A stretch of 64,000 nt of DNA, taken from NCBI GenBank assembly GCA_028534125.1, contig CM052817.1:59832001-59896000 (forward strand). The letters are read 5' to 3'. Shown piece by piece: positions 11,236 to 23,672 of the stretch (position 1 is the stretch's first letter; each line of letters starts with the position of its first letter). This stretch comes from Lama glama (Eukaryota). The notes under the pieces are model-generated. The model did no database searches. It was not told the origin of the DNA and was given only the letters and a program-made list of their open reading frames with translations. A program made the position numbers and the translations under genes.

Positions 11236-14200
11236 AACGGGTTTGCAAGGAAACATGAGGGCAATAGTGAGAATGTCAGCTTACGGGAAGTTCTAGCTTC
11301 ATAGTGTTCTACAAGAAAAATGATTACAAAGTACAAAGACAGAGTCACACTGGCACCATATCATGCCTTCTCCCTCTAGTACCAAAATTTTGCAAGCTCC
11401 TTAGTACCCTCTCTGAGGTATATGTCATTTCAAGCTTCAGTGAACAATACATGCCAGCAGCCTACACTGTCTCGTTGCCCAGTTCTGCAAACTAGTGTAG
11501 TAGATTGGGGTCCAATAACTAGTCACAGTGGAAATACTGTGAGTCCATACTGTCATCAGTATTTAAAATTTCTTCCTGCTACACTTTTAAAGTTTTATCC
11601 TAAGAACTAAATGTTTGCTTACATATATTTGAGATTGTGTTTAATATGACAATAAAGACAAATAAAACAGAAGCCATATGCAGCAGCCTGATAGTTTTGT
11701 TTCTAGATGTAGGCATAGACTCTTTCTTTAGATTAAATTTTGAATTTACTTCATTCTTACATCATAGTACAGTTTTTTCTCTTTTATGTGACTTCTAAGC
11801 AGAATAGCTTATTAATATATATGTACCTTTTCTTATTAATTCCTTTGGAAATTGTTTTCTGAACAAATTATGAATTAAATAGTCAGTGTTTCTTTTTTGA
11901 AAACTAATTTAGTTAAGAACCAAATGATCATACTTTTACTACAGAGTGAGCAAGCATTTAAAATATTCTAAAAATGTATTTCTATTACAGTTAAGAAAAT
12001 TTCCATTTCTACTTTATAAATTCAATTAATGTTAGAAAGAATAACCTCGTCTGCTTACATTAGTTTAGAAATTATGTGTAAGCTAAAAGCTTTATTAAAA
12101 ATTATCATTAATTAAAACTAATATCAAACATTCCACAATTATTAGAGGTTAAAACAAATTTTCTGGAAGATTTTCTGCAGATGTTTTCTACCCTAGGTAA
12201 AGCTGTTGCCACACTAAAATCAGATGGTTAAATAAAAAAAAAGTTAACAAAAGTTTATTTGATTTTTCTGGATAGTCTTACTGAATATAACATACACACA
12301 TGCATCTACTTCATGCATTAGAAGGAGTGTTTTAAGTAAGAAGGCTGATCTGGAACATCAATGGTATAGTTATCATATAAGTACTTTTTAAGAGTGAATT
12401 ACTTTTTGATTCAAAGATACGTGTTATTCCCCTCACCCCCAACTTCTTGGAAATCTATTAAGCAGCATTGTTTTGAAGATATGGCAAATATTTTGCAGAT
12501 ATTGTATGACTATTATTTTGCAGATAATAGCAGTGATCTAATGCCAGGTGATTTTCAAAAGTAAACATAATGAAGTGAATCTCCTTATTACCGGTGGTTT
12601 TAAAACGAGTCCCTTGAAATGTGGATACCTTGACCATAAATTTATTTGAACACTTTCTCCTCTAGAAACCCAGAAGTCCTTGCATTCATTATGTACATGC
12701 TATCTAGCAGCTGAGAAAGTGACAATAAAGTGGTAATACTTCATATACTCTTTATAGTAAGCACGTACTATTTTCTTAATCAAAAATTCGCTTGAATTTC
12801 AGAGATCATAATTTTAAATAAGGTGGAGTTTCTGCTTTCTGAATCTCAGCAAAATAAGTTTACTAAGGTCATTTTGACATAATTAAGCAATTAAGATTGT
12901 AACATCTTGGTATTGGAAACTTAATTGTACATCAGATTAGTCTACTTCATCTCAAAGAGAGAACCAACAATTCTCATGTTAGATTAGGATTTATGGCCCC
13001 CTTCAAATTCCTTGATCTCATTATCAATTTTTATGAGACTTATTTAAAAGAATTCTTGGTGTTCTTTGAAGAATCTGATAGCATATCACAAATTTATTTC
13101 CCAGATCATTATCTCTGTATTTCTCAATTCAATACACTTTCAAGAAGCCCCTCTGGGATGATGCCCAATCCCAGAGCAGCACAACTTCTGTTCCTTTGAA
13201 CTTTCTTAGTACTGTATGTTTTTACTTTTCTTATGACACTTGTAGATATGAGTTAATGCTAGGAATTATTTTTCTTACATTATAAAGATAGGATAAAGCT
13301 GTAAGGAGGTTTTAAGTACTTCATAAAATGATGAAGAAGCTCTACCAGGGATACTCCATAATAAGCATGAGTATTTCTTGAACTCAATAAGGTAGAAGGT
13401 ATTGTGCTGTGAACTGTAGAAGTTCAAGGAGTGTGAGCCATTTTCCCTGATCTCAAGACAATAGTAGTCTAGTCGAAGATACAAGAAATAAAAATATGAA
13501 AATATCAATAAAAGGTTTAAATATCAGCTCAGGACCTGAAATGTATAGTACATGATAACAGTGAACCCTATTAAGTGGACCATAATTAAAATATGATTTT
13601 ATAGGATGGAAAAATCATGTCAGAATTCAATGTTAATAAAGATTTTTATAAAAATTGGAATAATAATTGTGATGAATGGTAAAATTTGAATAGTTGGAGT
13701 AGAGGAGAAAAGGATATTTTTTGTATTTGAAAAAATGTAGCAAAATCATAGAGATATGCATTAGAGTGACTGTGAAAGTTTCATTCTGTGAGATGAGAGT
13801 CTAAGAGGAAAAAATAGCAGAACTGAAGAAAAAACTAAATTCATAGGGGCCTCTGTGTGATGAAAGAACAGAGAGGGTTACAGGTCAGGACTGTGTGCTA
13901 TGTAAGTAAGTTTAGGATTCAGGGTAGTGTTGGTAAGCAGGCAGCATGTAGAATGAGAAGAAAATGGTGGACTCTTTGCAGAAATGTGTTGAGATTGCCC
14001 AGGAAGAGACTAGTCCACTGTATTTGGCTTTCCTAAACCCATTAAATAATACTGTTGTCCCATTTCAAAGGAAGTTAGTAAGGAGTATTTTTCTTTATTA
14101 TGTTTTTGTAGCAATTGGGATAATTATTGTCTCTAGTAAGCTTCAGCATCAGCTAACCTGAAAAGCACAACTCTTTCTGATGTGGTTAATGGTAGAACAT

Positions 14201-14511
14201 GAAAATTTGGCAAGTGGTTTGAGAAAAATTTTAAGAGTAAACAGATAGGTTCTTGAAATAATCATGCTAGCTAGCATACGAGGTTCATTAAAGTTATGCC
14301 CTATATTTCTTTCTTTATTTTTTGCCTGGAAATTATTTTGTCATTAAAGTAGAAAAAACTAAAAATTTCATTTGAGCATGGCAAAAATATAGATGCATAT
14401 AGTAGAGCCAGTTATATTAAGGCTTTTCCCCAATATGGATATTTATATTAGAGAAAGGGGGAATAAAAGTATATTTATGTTATACCAAAATACTGATTAC
14501 ACCAGAAAAAC

Positions 14512-14545
14512 ATGATGATGATGGTGGTGGTAATAATAATAGTAA

Positions 14546-14629
<84 letters not shown>
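14512..14629. repeat. Compound trinucleotide microsatellite (ATG)n(GTG)n(TAA/TAG)n(TAG)n(TAA)n
   Basis: Directly visible; source of the poly-Tyr/poly-His ORF 14497-14757. Confidence 0.98.
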
Positions 14630-14631
<2 letters not shown>

Positions 14632-15291
14632 GGTGAGGAGTACCTGGTAGTCACTCATTAAATATATTCTAGTGTAATGTCTATCTTTAATTCTCAGCAG
14701 AGTTCCATATTGATACATATTTTTAAATGAGTATTGGTCACAAAGGAACAATGTCATGTCAGTAAATTAAGAATGTTACAAGTTTTTCCTGAAATGTCTT
14801 TTTAAAATGTGGAGGTAAAGAATTATAGAAAGTAAAGACACTTATAGCAGTAAAGATACTTCAGTCAACATTAAATGCAAACAGGTATGGTATAGAATGA
14901 TAATTCTTCTTTCAGCTTGATGCCTGAAAGTGGTGGTGGAATTCTAAAGGATTCTGTAAAAAAGGAATTAAACTCTTTTCTAGGAAATTGAAGATTACAA
15001 CATTAAGTCTCTGGAAGGACTACAAGTGACCGTGTGGCACAATACCTCTGTGGCTATTCAAAAAGTGTCATAGATGATAAAAACCGATTGTGTTAAGTAA
15101 ATTTTTCATTAAAGAAATATGAAAAGATAAAGAAGCTTTTTTAAAAAGTACATATATGTATATATGTCATTTGTATGTGCAAAATAATCAGAAGAAACTT
15201 CAATTATATTGGGAAAATTATCATGATTATGGAGAGTACTAATTCGTATTGACCATTTGAGGACCTGATAGCTTGAAAAATGTATTGTCTG

Positions 15292-15469
15292 TGTCTCCAG
15301 AGTCCTTGGTGGTGGTCACAGTTTCTGCAGCATGATTTGGGCTCTAGCCACAGAGCCTTCCTGTTCCAACCCATTTTCAGAGGCTACTCTGTCAATGTTC
15401 CCAGAAATCCTATGATTGTCTCCATATCCTTTCACTAAATCCTTTTCTGCTCACAAAAAAAAAAGAAAA
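15292..15469 (+). mobile_element. ERVL-class (LTR16-like) LTR fragment ending in a poly(A) tail, with degenerate TSD
   Basis: ...tccatatcctttcactaaatccttttctgctca resembles the LTR16-type poly(A)-signal region (atccttccaataaattccttttctgctta) and is followed directly by an A tail. Flanks gaaaaatgtattgtctg (15275-15291) and gaaaagtattatctg (15470-15484). Confidence 0.6.
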
Positions 15470-15599
15470 GAAAAGTATTATCTGATTAGATTAAGAGAAA
15501 TCACTACACCACTTACCTGTTTGTAATAATATATTTGTTTTCTTTGTACTTTGCTGCCTGCCTTCCATAACATAGAATACTCTTCCCTGTATTGTAAAT

Positions 15600-15862
15600 T
15601 CCTTCAGTGAACAATACAAAAGTCCACTTCTCTTGTAAATCATTCCTGACTGTCTCAGCAGAAACATTTCCTTTTATTCATTTTAACAGCATTTTAAACT
15701 TTTTTATTATGGCATATTTTACCAGCAGTTCCTTATGCGTCTGACAACCGAAATAGACTGTGCTTTTCCTAAGGACAGTTATGTTTTATTCCTTTTGTAA
15801 ACACAGTCTCTGAAAAAAGTCTCTGGTACATAGTAGGTATTCAATAGCAACTATTAAATAAG
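15600..15862 (+). mobile_element. LINE-2 3' end
   Basis: tagactgtgcttttcctaaggacag...tctggtacatagtaggtattcaatag, the L2 terminal motif. Confidence 0.7.
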
Positions 15863-15894
15863 TTCTTCTGTTAAAGCATTTACTGCATTGTACT

Positions 15895-16725
15895 TCTTTA
15901 TTTAGTCAACAAATATTTATTGAGTACCTTCAATGCAACACTCACTATTCTAATTCTCAGGCTATAGCAGTAAGTACATGAATTCCTTGGTATGAAGTTT
16001 ACATTCTAGAAGACAATAAAGGAACTGATAATCTAATTTCACATAATGGTAATTTCTATGAAATAATCAAGGAATGGGTCAGTTAGAAGATGTAGAGCAA
16101 AGGATGATTTTAGGAAAAGAGGTCATGTGGGCACTCACTGAAGAAGCAGCATTCAGTTGAGACCTGCATAACGTGAGGGAGCAAAGATCAGAAGAAGGAG
16201 GCTGACAAAGAGCAAGCATAAAGGTCCTAGGGGAGGAATGAGTCCATGTTGTAGGAACTGCAAGAAGACCAGGGTGCCTGTAAAGAGAAAAGGAGAGAAA
16301 AATTTGTAAAAGATGATTATTGAGAGAGTTGGGTATGATAGGCATGGGAAAGGAGACTGGATTTCATTCCAAGTTAGGTGGGAGAACTTTGGAAGGTGTT
16401 CTGTAGGAAGTGGCAGATTGTCAGTTTAAGGACTGCTCTGGCTGCTTGAAATTGGAAGGAGGCTAAGCTGAGAGAACAGTTAAGAGGCTACTAAAAACCC
16501 CAGTTGAAATAATTGCAATTTGTACCATGATAATAGCTGGGAGGTGATGAGGAGTGATTAAATTCAGGATGTACTTTGAAGGTGTATTGAATAGAAATAA
16601 TTAATGGATTGTATGTGGAGTCCAACATATAAGAGAAATTAAGAATAATTACTAAACTTTTGACATGAACAACTATGTAAATGATGATGCTATTTAATAA
16701 TGGAGAAAACCTGGGTGAAAGTATA
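15895..16725 (-). mobile_element. LINE-2 fragment
   Basis: Starts tttagtcaacaaatatttattgagtacc (antisense L2 3' end) and continues as purine-rich L2 body. Confidence 0.8.
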
Positions 16726-16909
16726 ACAGTTAATTTGTTTGCATCTCCAGTAGAGTATGAATTCACTGAAGGTCCTTGGCTTGTTCTTCTTTATATTTCC
16801 TGTAGAGTGCTTAGCAAAAGTAGACTTTTAATAAAAAGTAATCATCCCTGGATCTTAATCAACAAGCAGCTATTGCTACTCTTCTTATTCGTATAACTCT
16901 TCAGTCTAT

Positions 16910-18390
16910 GTTCATTCAACAGATATAATCGAATGTTAAATGCACTGAGGCAATGAGGATATGAATAAAACAGACAAATGCTTGATCACATGGAAACAAT
17001 GAGCTTATATTACAATGGGATGATTGATGCAATAAAAATAAATAAAATATACATTAGATTGTTATAAGTGCTGCAGAAAAATCAAGTAGAAAAAGGCTTA
17101 AGATAAGGGGCGTATTGCAAAAACCACAGAATGCACAGAAACCCCAGGGTAGCAGCATACTTGGCATGTTCTGGGAACAGTAAAAGGCGAATGTGGACTG
17201 GATTAGAGAGGAAGAGGTGAAGTAGTAAGATGTGAATTCCAAGAGGTAAGGAGAGGTCAGATTACATATAGCCATATTGGCTATTGTAAGAATTTTGACT
17301 CTTATGCTAAGAAAAGTGGGAAGGAAATGAGAACTTGTCAGTAGAGACCTGGCTTATTATAATAAATACTTTAATCAGATCCCTCTGGCTTCTGTGTTAA
17401 GAAAAGACTGCACTGGACCGCCTAAAGGAGGAATGATGGACAGGAATGATCTGTCATCTGACTTCAATAATGTCAGAGGAGAGGGTAATGGCCCAAATCA
17501 GGGTGGTGGCAGTTGGTGTTGGAAATCATGGTTAGACTGTGGGTATATTTTGAAGGTAGAATCTATAGAATGTGCTGATAACAGGATTTCGAAGAAAAAC
17601 AATCACAGTTTTGGGCCTGAGCAACTAGAAGAATGGAGATGAAGAAGACAGTGGGCAGCATGAAGAGCTCATATTTAGACCAACTGAGTTTGAGATACCC
17701 ATTGGACATCCAAATTTAGATAAGAAGGAGGAGTTATCTTTATGAATTTGTGATAGGGAGAGCTGTCCACCCTGAAGTCATGAATTTGGGAGTCATCAAA
17801 GTTCAGCTGTTTTTCTAGTCAGACTAGGTGAGACTGTCAAAGGATTGGTTGAAACAACCTCTGGGATGGTTCAAATTAAGAAATCATCAGGATAAGGAGG
17901 AACCAGCAAAAGAGTATACTGTTAATTTAACAAAAACCAGGAGAGTGCCATGATTAGAAGCCAAGTAAATAAAGTGTTTACATGAGGAAGAAGTGAGCAA
18001 CTATATACTATACTGATAGTTTGGCTCACAAAAAGTTTTGTCATCCTGTCTGATACACTTCTGAAAGTGAAAGGGAACACCCTTAATTACATGTGAACAA
18101 TAGACAAACCACTCCTGTTCCAGGCAATCTGGACTATGTAGTCAAGTTAAAGGTAAAGTATGATGAAAACTGATAAAGGGATCATTACTTCTAGCAATAT
18201 GGAAGTCCTGATGACCTTGAGAATAAAAGTTTTGGTAAAGTGTGGTGATTATAAGTCTGATTGAGTAGGTTTAAGAGACAATGACAGTAAGGAAATTGGA
18301 AATAGTAAGGACAATTAAATTATTGGAAAGATGTGTTATATAGAAAAAATGGGGTGGAGCTGGAAGTGATTATAGAGCCAGGAGAAGTTA
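16910..18390 (-). mobile_element. LINE-2 fragment (hosts MER81-like insert; abuts L1MB)
   Basis: ttcattcaacagatataatcgaatg start; body motifs gagtttgagatacccattggacatccaa and atttgggagtcatca, typical of antisense L2. Confidence 0.8.
18017..18150. mobile_element. MER81-like hAT-Blackjack miniature DNA transposon
   Basis: gatacacttctgaaagtgaaaggg...taattac...ctgttccaggcaatctggactatgtagtca resembles the MER81 consensus. Confidence 0.6.
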
Positions 18391-18935
18391 TTTCCTTAAT
18401 TGTGATAGAAAAAAATATATATATATATAAAATCATAAAAGTTACCATTTTGAACATTTTTAAGTGGACAGTTGAGTGGCAGTAAACACATTCACATTTT
18501 TGTGCAACCATCACCATTATCAATTTCCAGAATTTTTTCATCTTAAGAAACTATACCTCTATAATTATTAAACAATAACTCCCTACCTTCTTCCTCTCCC
18601 AGCCCCTGCCAACCACCATTCTACTTTCCGTTTCTATGAATTTGGCCATGCTAAATACCTCATGTAGGTGGAATCATACTGTTTTTGCTTCTTTGTGACT
18701 GGGTTATTTACTTAGCACATGTCTTCAAGATTTGTCCATGCTGTAGCATGCATCAGAATTTTTAAGGCTGACTAGTATTTCATTCTATGTACATACCACA
18801 TTTTATTTATCATTCATCTGTCAATGGAAGCTTGTATTATTTCCACCGTTTGGTTATAGTGATATATGCTTCTGTGAACATGGTTATAAAAATATCTGTT
18901 TGAGTCTTTGCTTTCAGTTCTTTTGGTATATATGA
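18391..18935 (-). mobile_element. L1MB-type LINE-1 3' UTR
   Basis: ccattttgaacatttttaagtggacagttgagtggcagtaaacacattcacatttttgtgcaaccatcacc...cccagcccctgccaaccaccattctacttt, a classic antisense L1MB 3' end. Confidence 0.9.
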
Positions 18936-20049
18936 TTTATTTAAGGTAGAAGAAATCTAACGTGTTTGTAGGCTTTCTATATTTGCACTAGCCAGTATAG
19001 AACTTGAAAGAGAGGTGAATGATTTTTCTTTTATGTCCAACAAATACCATTAAGGGAGAAAACATATAAATTTAAACAGCAATCAACCGTAATATGTACT
19101 TTATGTCAACAAAGCACTTTGGGGTCCGAGGTTTATTCTACATGTGATAATAAAGCATCCTGACTGTCCTTTCAAATGTTTTCTGATCAGTTAGGTGCCT
19201 AGACATTACTCTGCTATCTTTTTAGAACATGTCTAATAACTTTTAATTTACAACCCAGTTAACAAATCATATCCTGTTAGAAATAAGAATGAGAATAGTT
19301 CGAATTGTATAAACCAATAAAGACTGCCCTGGGCAATAATAACATGTGACTATTTTATTATTGTTCTTGTTCTGCCTCTTTTTTGTTTTACCTGGTTTTG
19401 ATACTAAAAAATTATGATCTCCAGTTTAATGATATGTGTAATTCTAGTCTCAGAATTTTAACCTACTCTGGGTTGAACCACAACATTGACTGGACACAAA
19501 TCCCTGAATATATTGGAAAGTGTGAGTAGACTAACAAATAGAATGATTCCCAGAGCAAACTTCAGTATACTTTGTAAACAGAACATTTGCAGGATTTTTA
19601 CAGAATTGAGAAACTCTTAAATTGATGGATATATGTATATATAAATCTGTCCTAATGCTAATTGCTATGATATTTGCCTGTCACTAAAAGCTGACTCTTT
19701 CCTGATTAGCCTGTTGCCCCTTTATTATCAATGTCATCAGCTAGATTCTGCAACATTGCAATTCAATATGCAGGAATTATTCAGTCATCACAGAATTCTG
19801 AGGTCTTGCAGTTGTTCAGGACAAGGAGATTGACTGGGAGAGGGAAAATTTTGGCCAAGCTCCTGCCCCTGATCTGCATCATGTTCTGCTTAATTTAGGG
19901 ACTCAATCTACCTTAATGGGAGAAAGCTGAAGCTCCTGGAGCATTGTGTGCTCTTGTTCCAAAGTCTGCAAACAAGTCATCTCTGCTTAAAAAGAACTCT
20001 TCCTCTTTGCCTATAGGCAATCATTAACTTCACAAAAAAGCTTTTTTTC

Positions 20050-20330
20050 CCCCACTGTATCCTAGGTGAGCTCCTTTTTATCAGATAATGTTGTAGCACA
20101 ATGTAGCACTCTTTCCTAGCACTTACTATTGTTGTCATTTATATTTTTTATGATTATTTGAATAAAATCTTACTTTTGAAACTGTCAGCTCCCTGAGGGT
20201 AGGATTCCTGCCTGTTTTCACTCACTGCTGTGTCCCTGCTTTATTGCAGTGTCTGGCACTGTAGTAGACACTCAAAAATATTTATTTAATGAACCAATGG
20301 GTGAATAAATGAATGAATGAATGAATAAGT
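20050..20330 (+). mobile_element. LINE-2 3' end with (AATG)n tail
   Basis: ctgtcagctccctgagggtaggattcc...cagtgtctggcactgtagtagacactcaaaaatattt...aatgaatgaatgaatgaa. Confidence 0.85.
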
Positions 20331-22632
20331 AATAAAGACATACATAGAAGCTTTTACAAAACATGTTTTTTGTGAGTTTAATATATGACATGGACTTCTA
20401 ATAGAAAGTATACTGTAGATTAAGTAAGTGGTTATTAATTTATTCCAGAATTTTGAGAATTGAACTATAACAACTTCAGGGCTGATAACAAGGAATCAAA
20501 CTCTCTTTCTGTTTCATCACTTTGAGTTGAAACTTAGGAACTGTGCAACAGAGAAAGACCACTGATGGGCAGGCATTTCTCAAGAGAATAATAGAAATCA
20601 AAATTCCATAAATAGAATTGCTATTTTTTACTAAGCTGCTTATATGGGCCAACTGATAAGTACTGCCTTACCCATGACAGCTTAAATCTCACATAGCCAG
20701 GATTATTTTAGTGTTCCACACATTTTATTGTACTCTAATTCCCTCATGTTTAATCTTTATGTGTAACTGTAATTGACAGAATAATTTACTTCATGATTAT
20801 TTGGGATCAAGGAAAGTTTATTAATTTATTATTAGCAGTTGGAAAAAGCAATTATTTGGTGCTTGCATGCACCAGGTACTGATCTAGGTAATTTATATAT
20901 ATTATTTAATTTTAAGATATTTATATTTTATTTGAACTAAGCAAAAATAAAATATGCTACTTTCATATACTGTGGAAATCTGACTCTGTTATATTCAGTC
21001 AAGTTTAAGTAGATTTATTATTACAACCACAGCTAGATGATATGTCCTAGCTGACCTCACATGTTCTCCCAGTGAAGGATGGTCGTATTAAAATCTTTGG
21101 TCTTTCCATGAAAAATGCCACTTCTATAGCAATCACTATCCACATAGACTAACTGACAAAAGGGACAGAGTGGCCAGTGGTCATTTCTGCATTATACTCA
21201 TGTTAAAACTATACTTTGCTCTATGGCTGCTGCTGCTATTTGTAAAACCCAGCTCTGCTTGAATCTTTGCTTTTTAGTCACAAAGCCTGCCAGACTCCTT
21301 TGATCACAGAGTCACACCATGCTTACAGTCATGCTCCAAGTTGGTCTATCTGCTTCTCTTCTTTCTAACCACAACTAGAGGTTGTGGTTCAGCATGTATA
21401 TAAAGTATTTCTTCTGCCTACTCTCTTTAGAACTACCCTATCTCAGGTCTCCGTCCAGCAGTGGCTTGGAGTACTGATTCTTTACAAATACCCTGTAATA
21501 TGCAGAAATATCAAGCTGAGATCAATACAGGTATTTTTTTTTGTCACAGTCAACACATACAATATTATTATATTTTGCATATATTTGTATAATCATATAT
21601 TATAATTTTTAATTTACTTACGATTTATAATTTCACTACTGATTCCACTTTGGGAATGGGAAAGGTTTACTGAGCTATGGTGAGCTTGTGGTGTTCACCG
21701 TTTTTTCCTGTTTCCACATGGAATTCACACTCATATCTAATCAGTTAGCATCAGTCTTGAATAAATTTTGATTACTGTAGTGCCAGCTTCCTTTTTTCTT
21801 GAAATAAAACCAATTTCCAATGAAAGTATCAAGTAAAATAGATAATATAAAAGACAATGTGTTATTTTGTATTAGAGGGATTAAAGAGGTTATGTTGTAT
21901 TTACCCTTTAGGATTCACATTTTAACTTATTAATTTATTGCAGAGAGGTTGGATTTCAGCTGAGAACAATTTTTGATCCTGGCATTTGCAATAAAAGTAG
22001 ATTATAAAAAAATCAAGAAATACAATGACATAACTAATAATGAGTTAACTCTATATGATTAGTTTGTAGTCCTTCAGCTAATTGTGGAGAGTATATCATA
22101 TTCATTCTGCTTAAAATCTACCTTGAGTATTTGTAGAAATATAATTTACACAAATGGTACAGGTATTACAATCTATTATTTATGCATCACGTATTTATTT
22201 AGTACCTACTGTGTACACAGCAGTGTTCTGAATGCTTGGGTACATTCTGTTATTAACAGACAGAAAAAAAGTGCTCCTTTGTTGATGTATCTACATTTTG
22301 TGACTTCCAATGAAGGCAGATTATTCTGATATTAGTTATCAAGTTTTTCACTTTGTTGGATCAGGATGATTAAAATTTTCACATAAGAAAAGATTTTGGT
22401 AAATTGATTTTCAGTCAGACTTATATAAGAGACTACTGTAGACTCAGAACCACTAAATTTTGCCTTAAATCATGACACATTATATTTTTGCTATATTATG
22501 GTTCTCTCAGATGAACATAGAAAACTCACAGAAGGCCTATACTTCTCATCTTTCTGTCCTTTGTGACTCAAATTTTTATTTGAAAATGAATTGGATGAAA
22601 TGCTTAAAGTTTGCTACAGAGAATCAGCTTAC

Positions 22633-22638
22633 CTGGTC
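22633..22638 (-). other. Candidate 6-nt microexon (GACCAG)
   Basis: Minus strand reads TACTAAC-tag-tctttctcttt-AG|GACCAG|GTAAGC: branchpoint, pyrimidine tract, acceptor and strong donor. Motif evidence only. Confidence 0.35.
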
Positions 22639-23557
22639 CTAAAGAGAAAGACTAGTTAGTACCTTTATTTTGATAACTTTCATTTGATTATAAGATGCAG
22701 TTTTCTCTATTCTTTTTCCTTTAGATTTATTCTCTCATCATGTTGTATTAGATATTTTTATTGTATAATATTGTAAGGATTCTGCGAAAATTTAGTAATT
22801 ATTTTATTAAATGCTCAAAATAACCAACACCTTTGTTTCTATAGGGTCATTAAATCAACGTTTTTAGTAGTAGGCAACTAATGATTTTCAGCTTTGACAC
22901 AGAGTTGACCCATCTCCTCTAGTTACAGCATCCCTATCGTTTCAAATTACAATCAGTTCAAAACATCATTTTCATGATAATAGATTGGAAGAGAGCCCTG
23001 TGCAGTTTGACAGCTGTGCTCTATATTTAAGCTCAGTTAAAGTTCACTTTAAAGCAGCATGTCTTTGTAGTCATGGAGCTCTTTAATGCTATGACACGTC
23101 TGTGATTCTGTGCATCAATCATGGTGGCAGAAAGCCATATTCCTCCTTAAGAGGAGATGCTATGGAAGCAGGCAAAGAGATGAGCGTTGCCATGTGTCTG
23201 TTACTACACAGGCTTCCAGTAGTTTAAACTCCCTTCTCAGCTCCCGTTGGCTACCTGCTTTCCCTTTTCTTCCTTTCTGCCCTTCCTAGGAATATTGTCC
23301 GTTCTTGTTCATTTATAGAGTTGCCACTAAGCACTTTCTTTCTTTGGGTCTTAATGCTCGTAAAAATGGAATTATAGCTTTCTTTTCATTTGTCTAGTAA
23401 GCATTGTAACAGAGGAATAAGAAATTGTACAGGGGGATAAAAGAAGAACTTAGATTATAAACATGTTGGGATAGTTATATATATATATTCAAGATATTTT
23501 TCACCTTCTTTGGTTTGTAGTCTCACTTACTACCTACTGGATACCTCTTAGGCTTAC

Positions 23558-23672
23558 CCATTCACTGTTTGACCTTTCAAAATACAAATTCATTGTGTAG
23601 TGAGGTCCATTTTCAAACCCCAGTCTGCAAAGGAATCTCTCAGCAAAATGGCTCCCCTTACAGCAAATAGTC
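23558..23672 (-). other. Candidate 115-nt internal exon (host transcript unknown)
   Basis: Minus strand ttttcctattgtttcactttaaatttatttccAG|GACTATTTG...GAATGG|GTAAGC. One frame is open (TICCKGSHFAERFLCRLGFENGPHYTMNLYFERSNSEW) but I do not recognise the peptide. Confidence 0.3.

Noticed and set aside
14497..14757. ORF with poly-Tyr and His6
   Set aside because: Translation of a trinucleotide microsatellite.
15510..15520. Consensus minus-strand donor CAG|GTAAGT (another near 51581)
   Set aside because: No matching acceptor at a plausible exon distance in unique sequence.
20041..20072. Second AG|GTGAG recursive-like motif (weaker ones near 12195, 47037 and 55455)
   Set aside because: At the edge of an L2 fragment or with weak donors; consistent with chance, and a caution for the 35.8 kb site.
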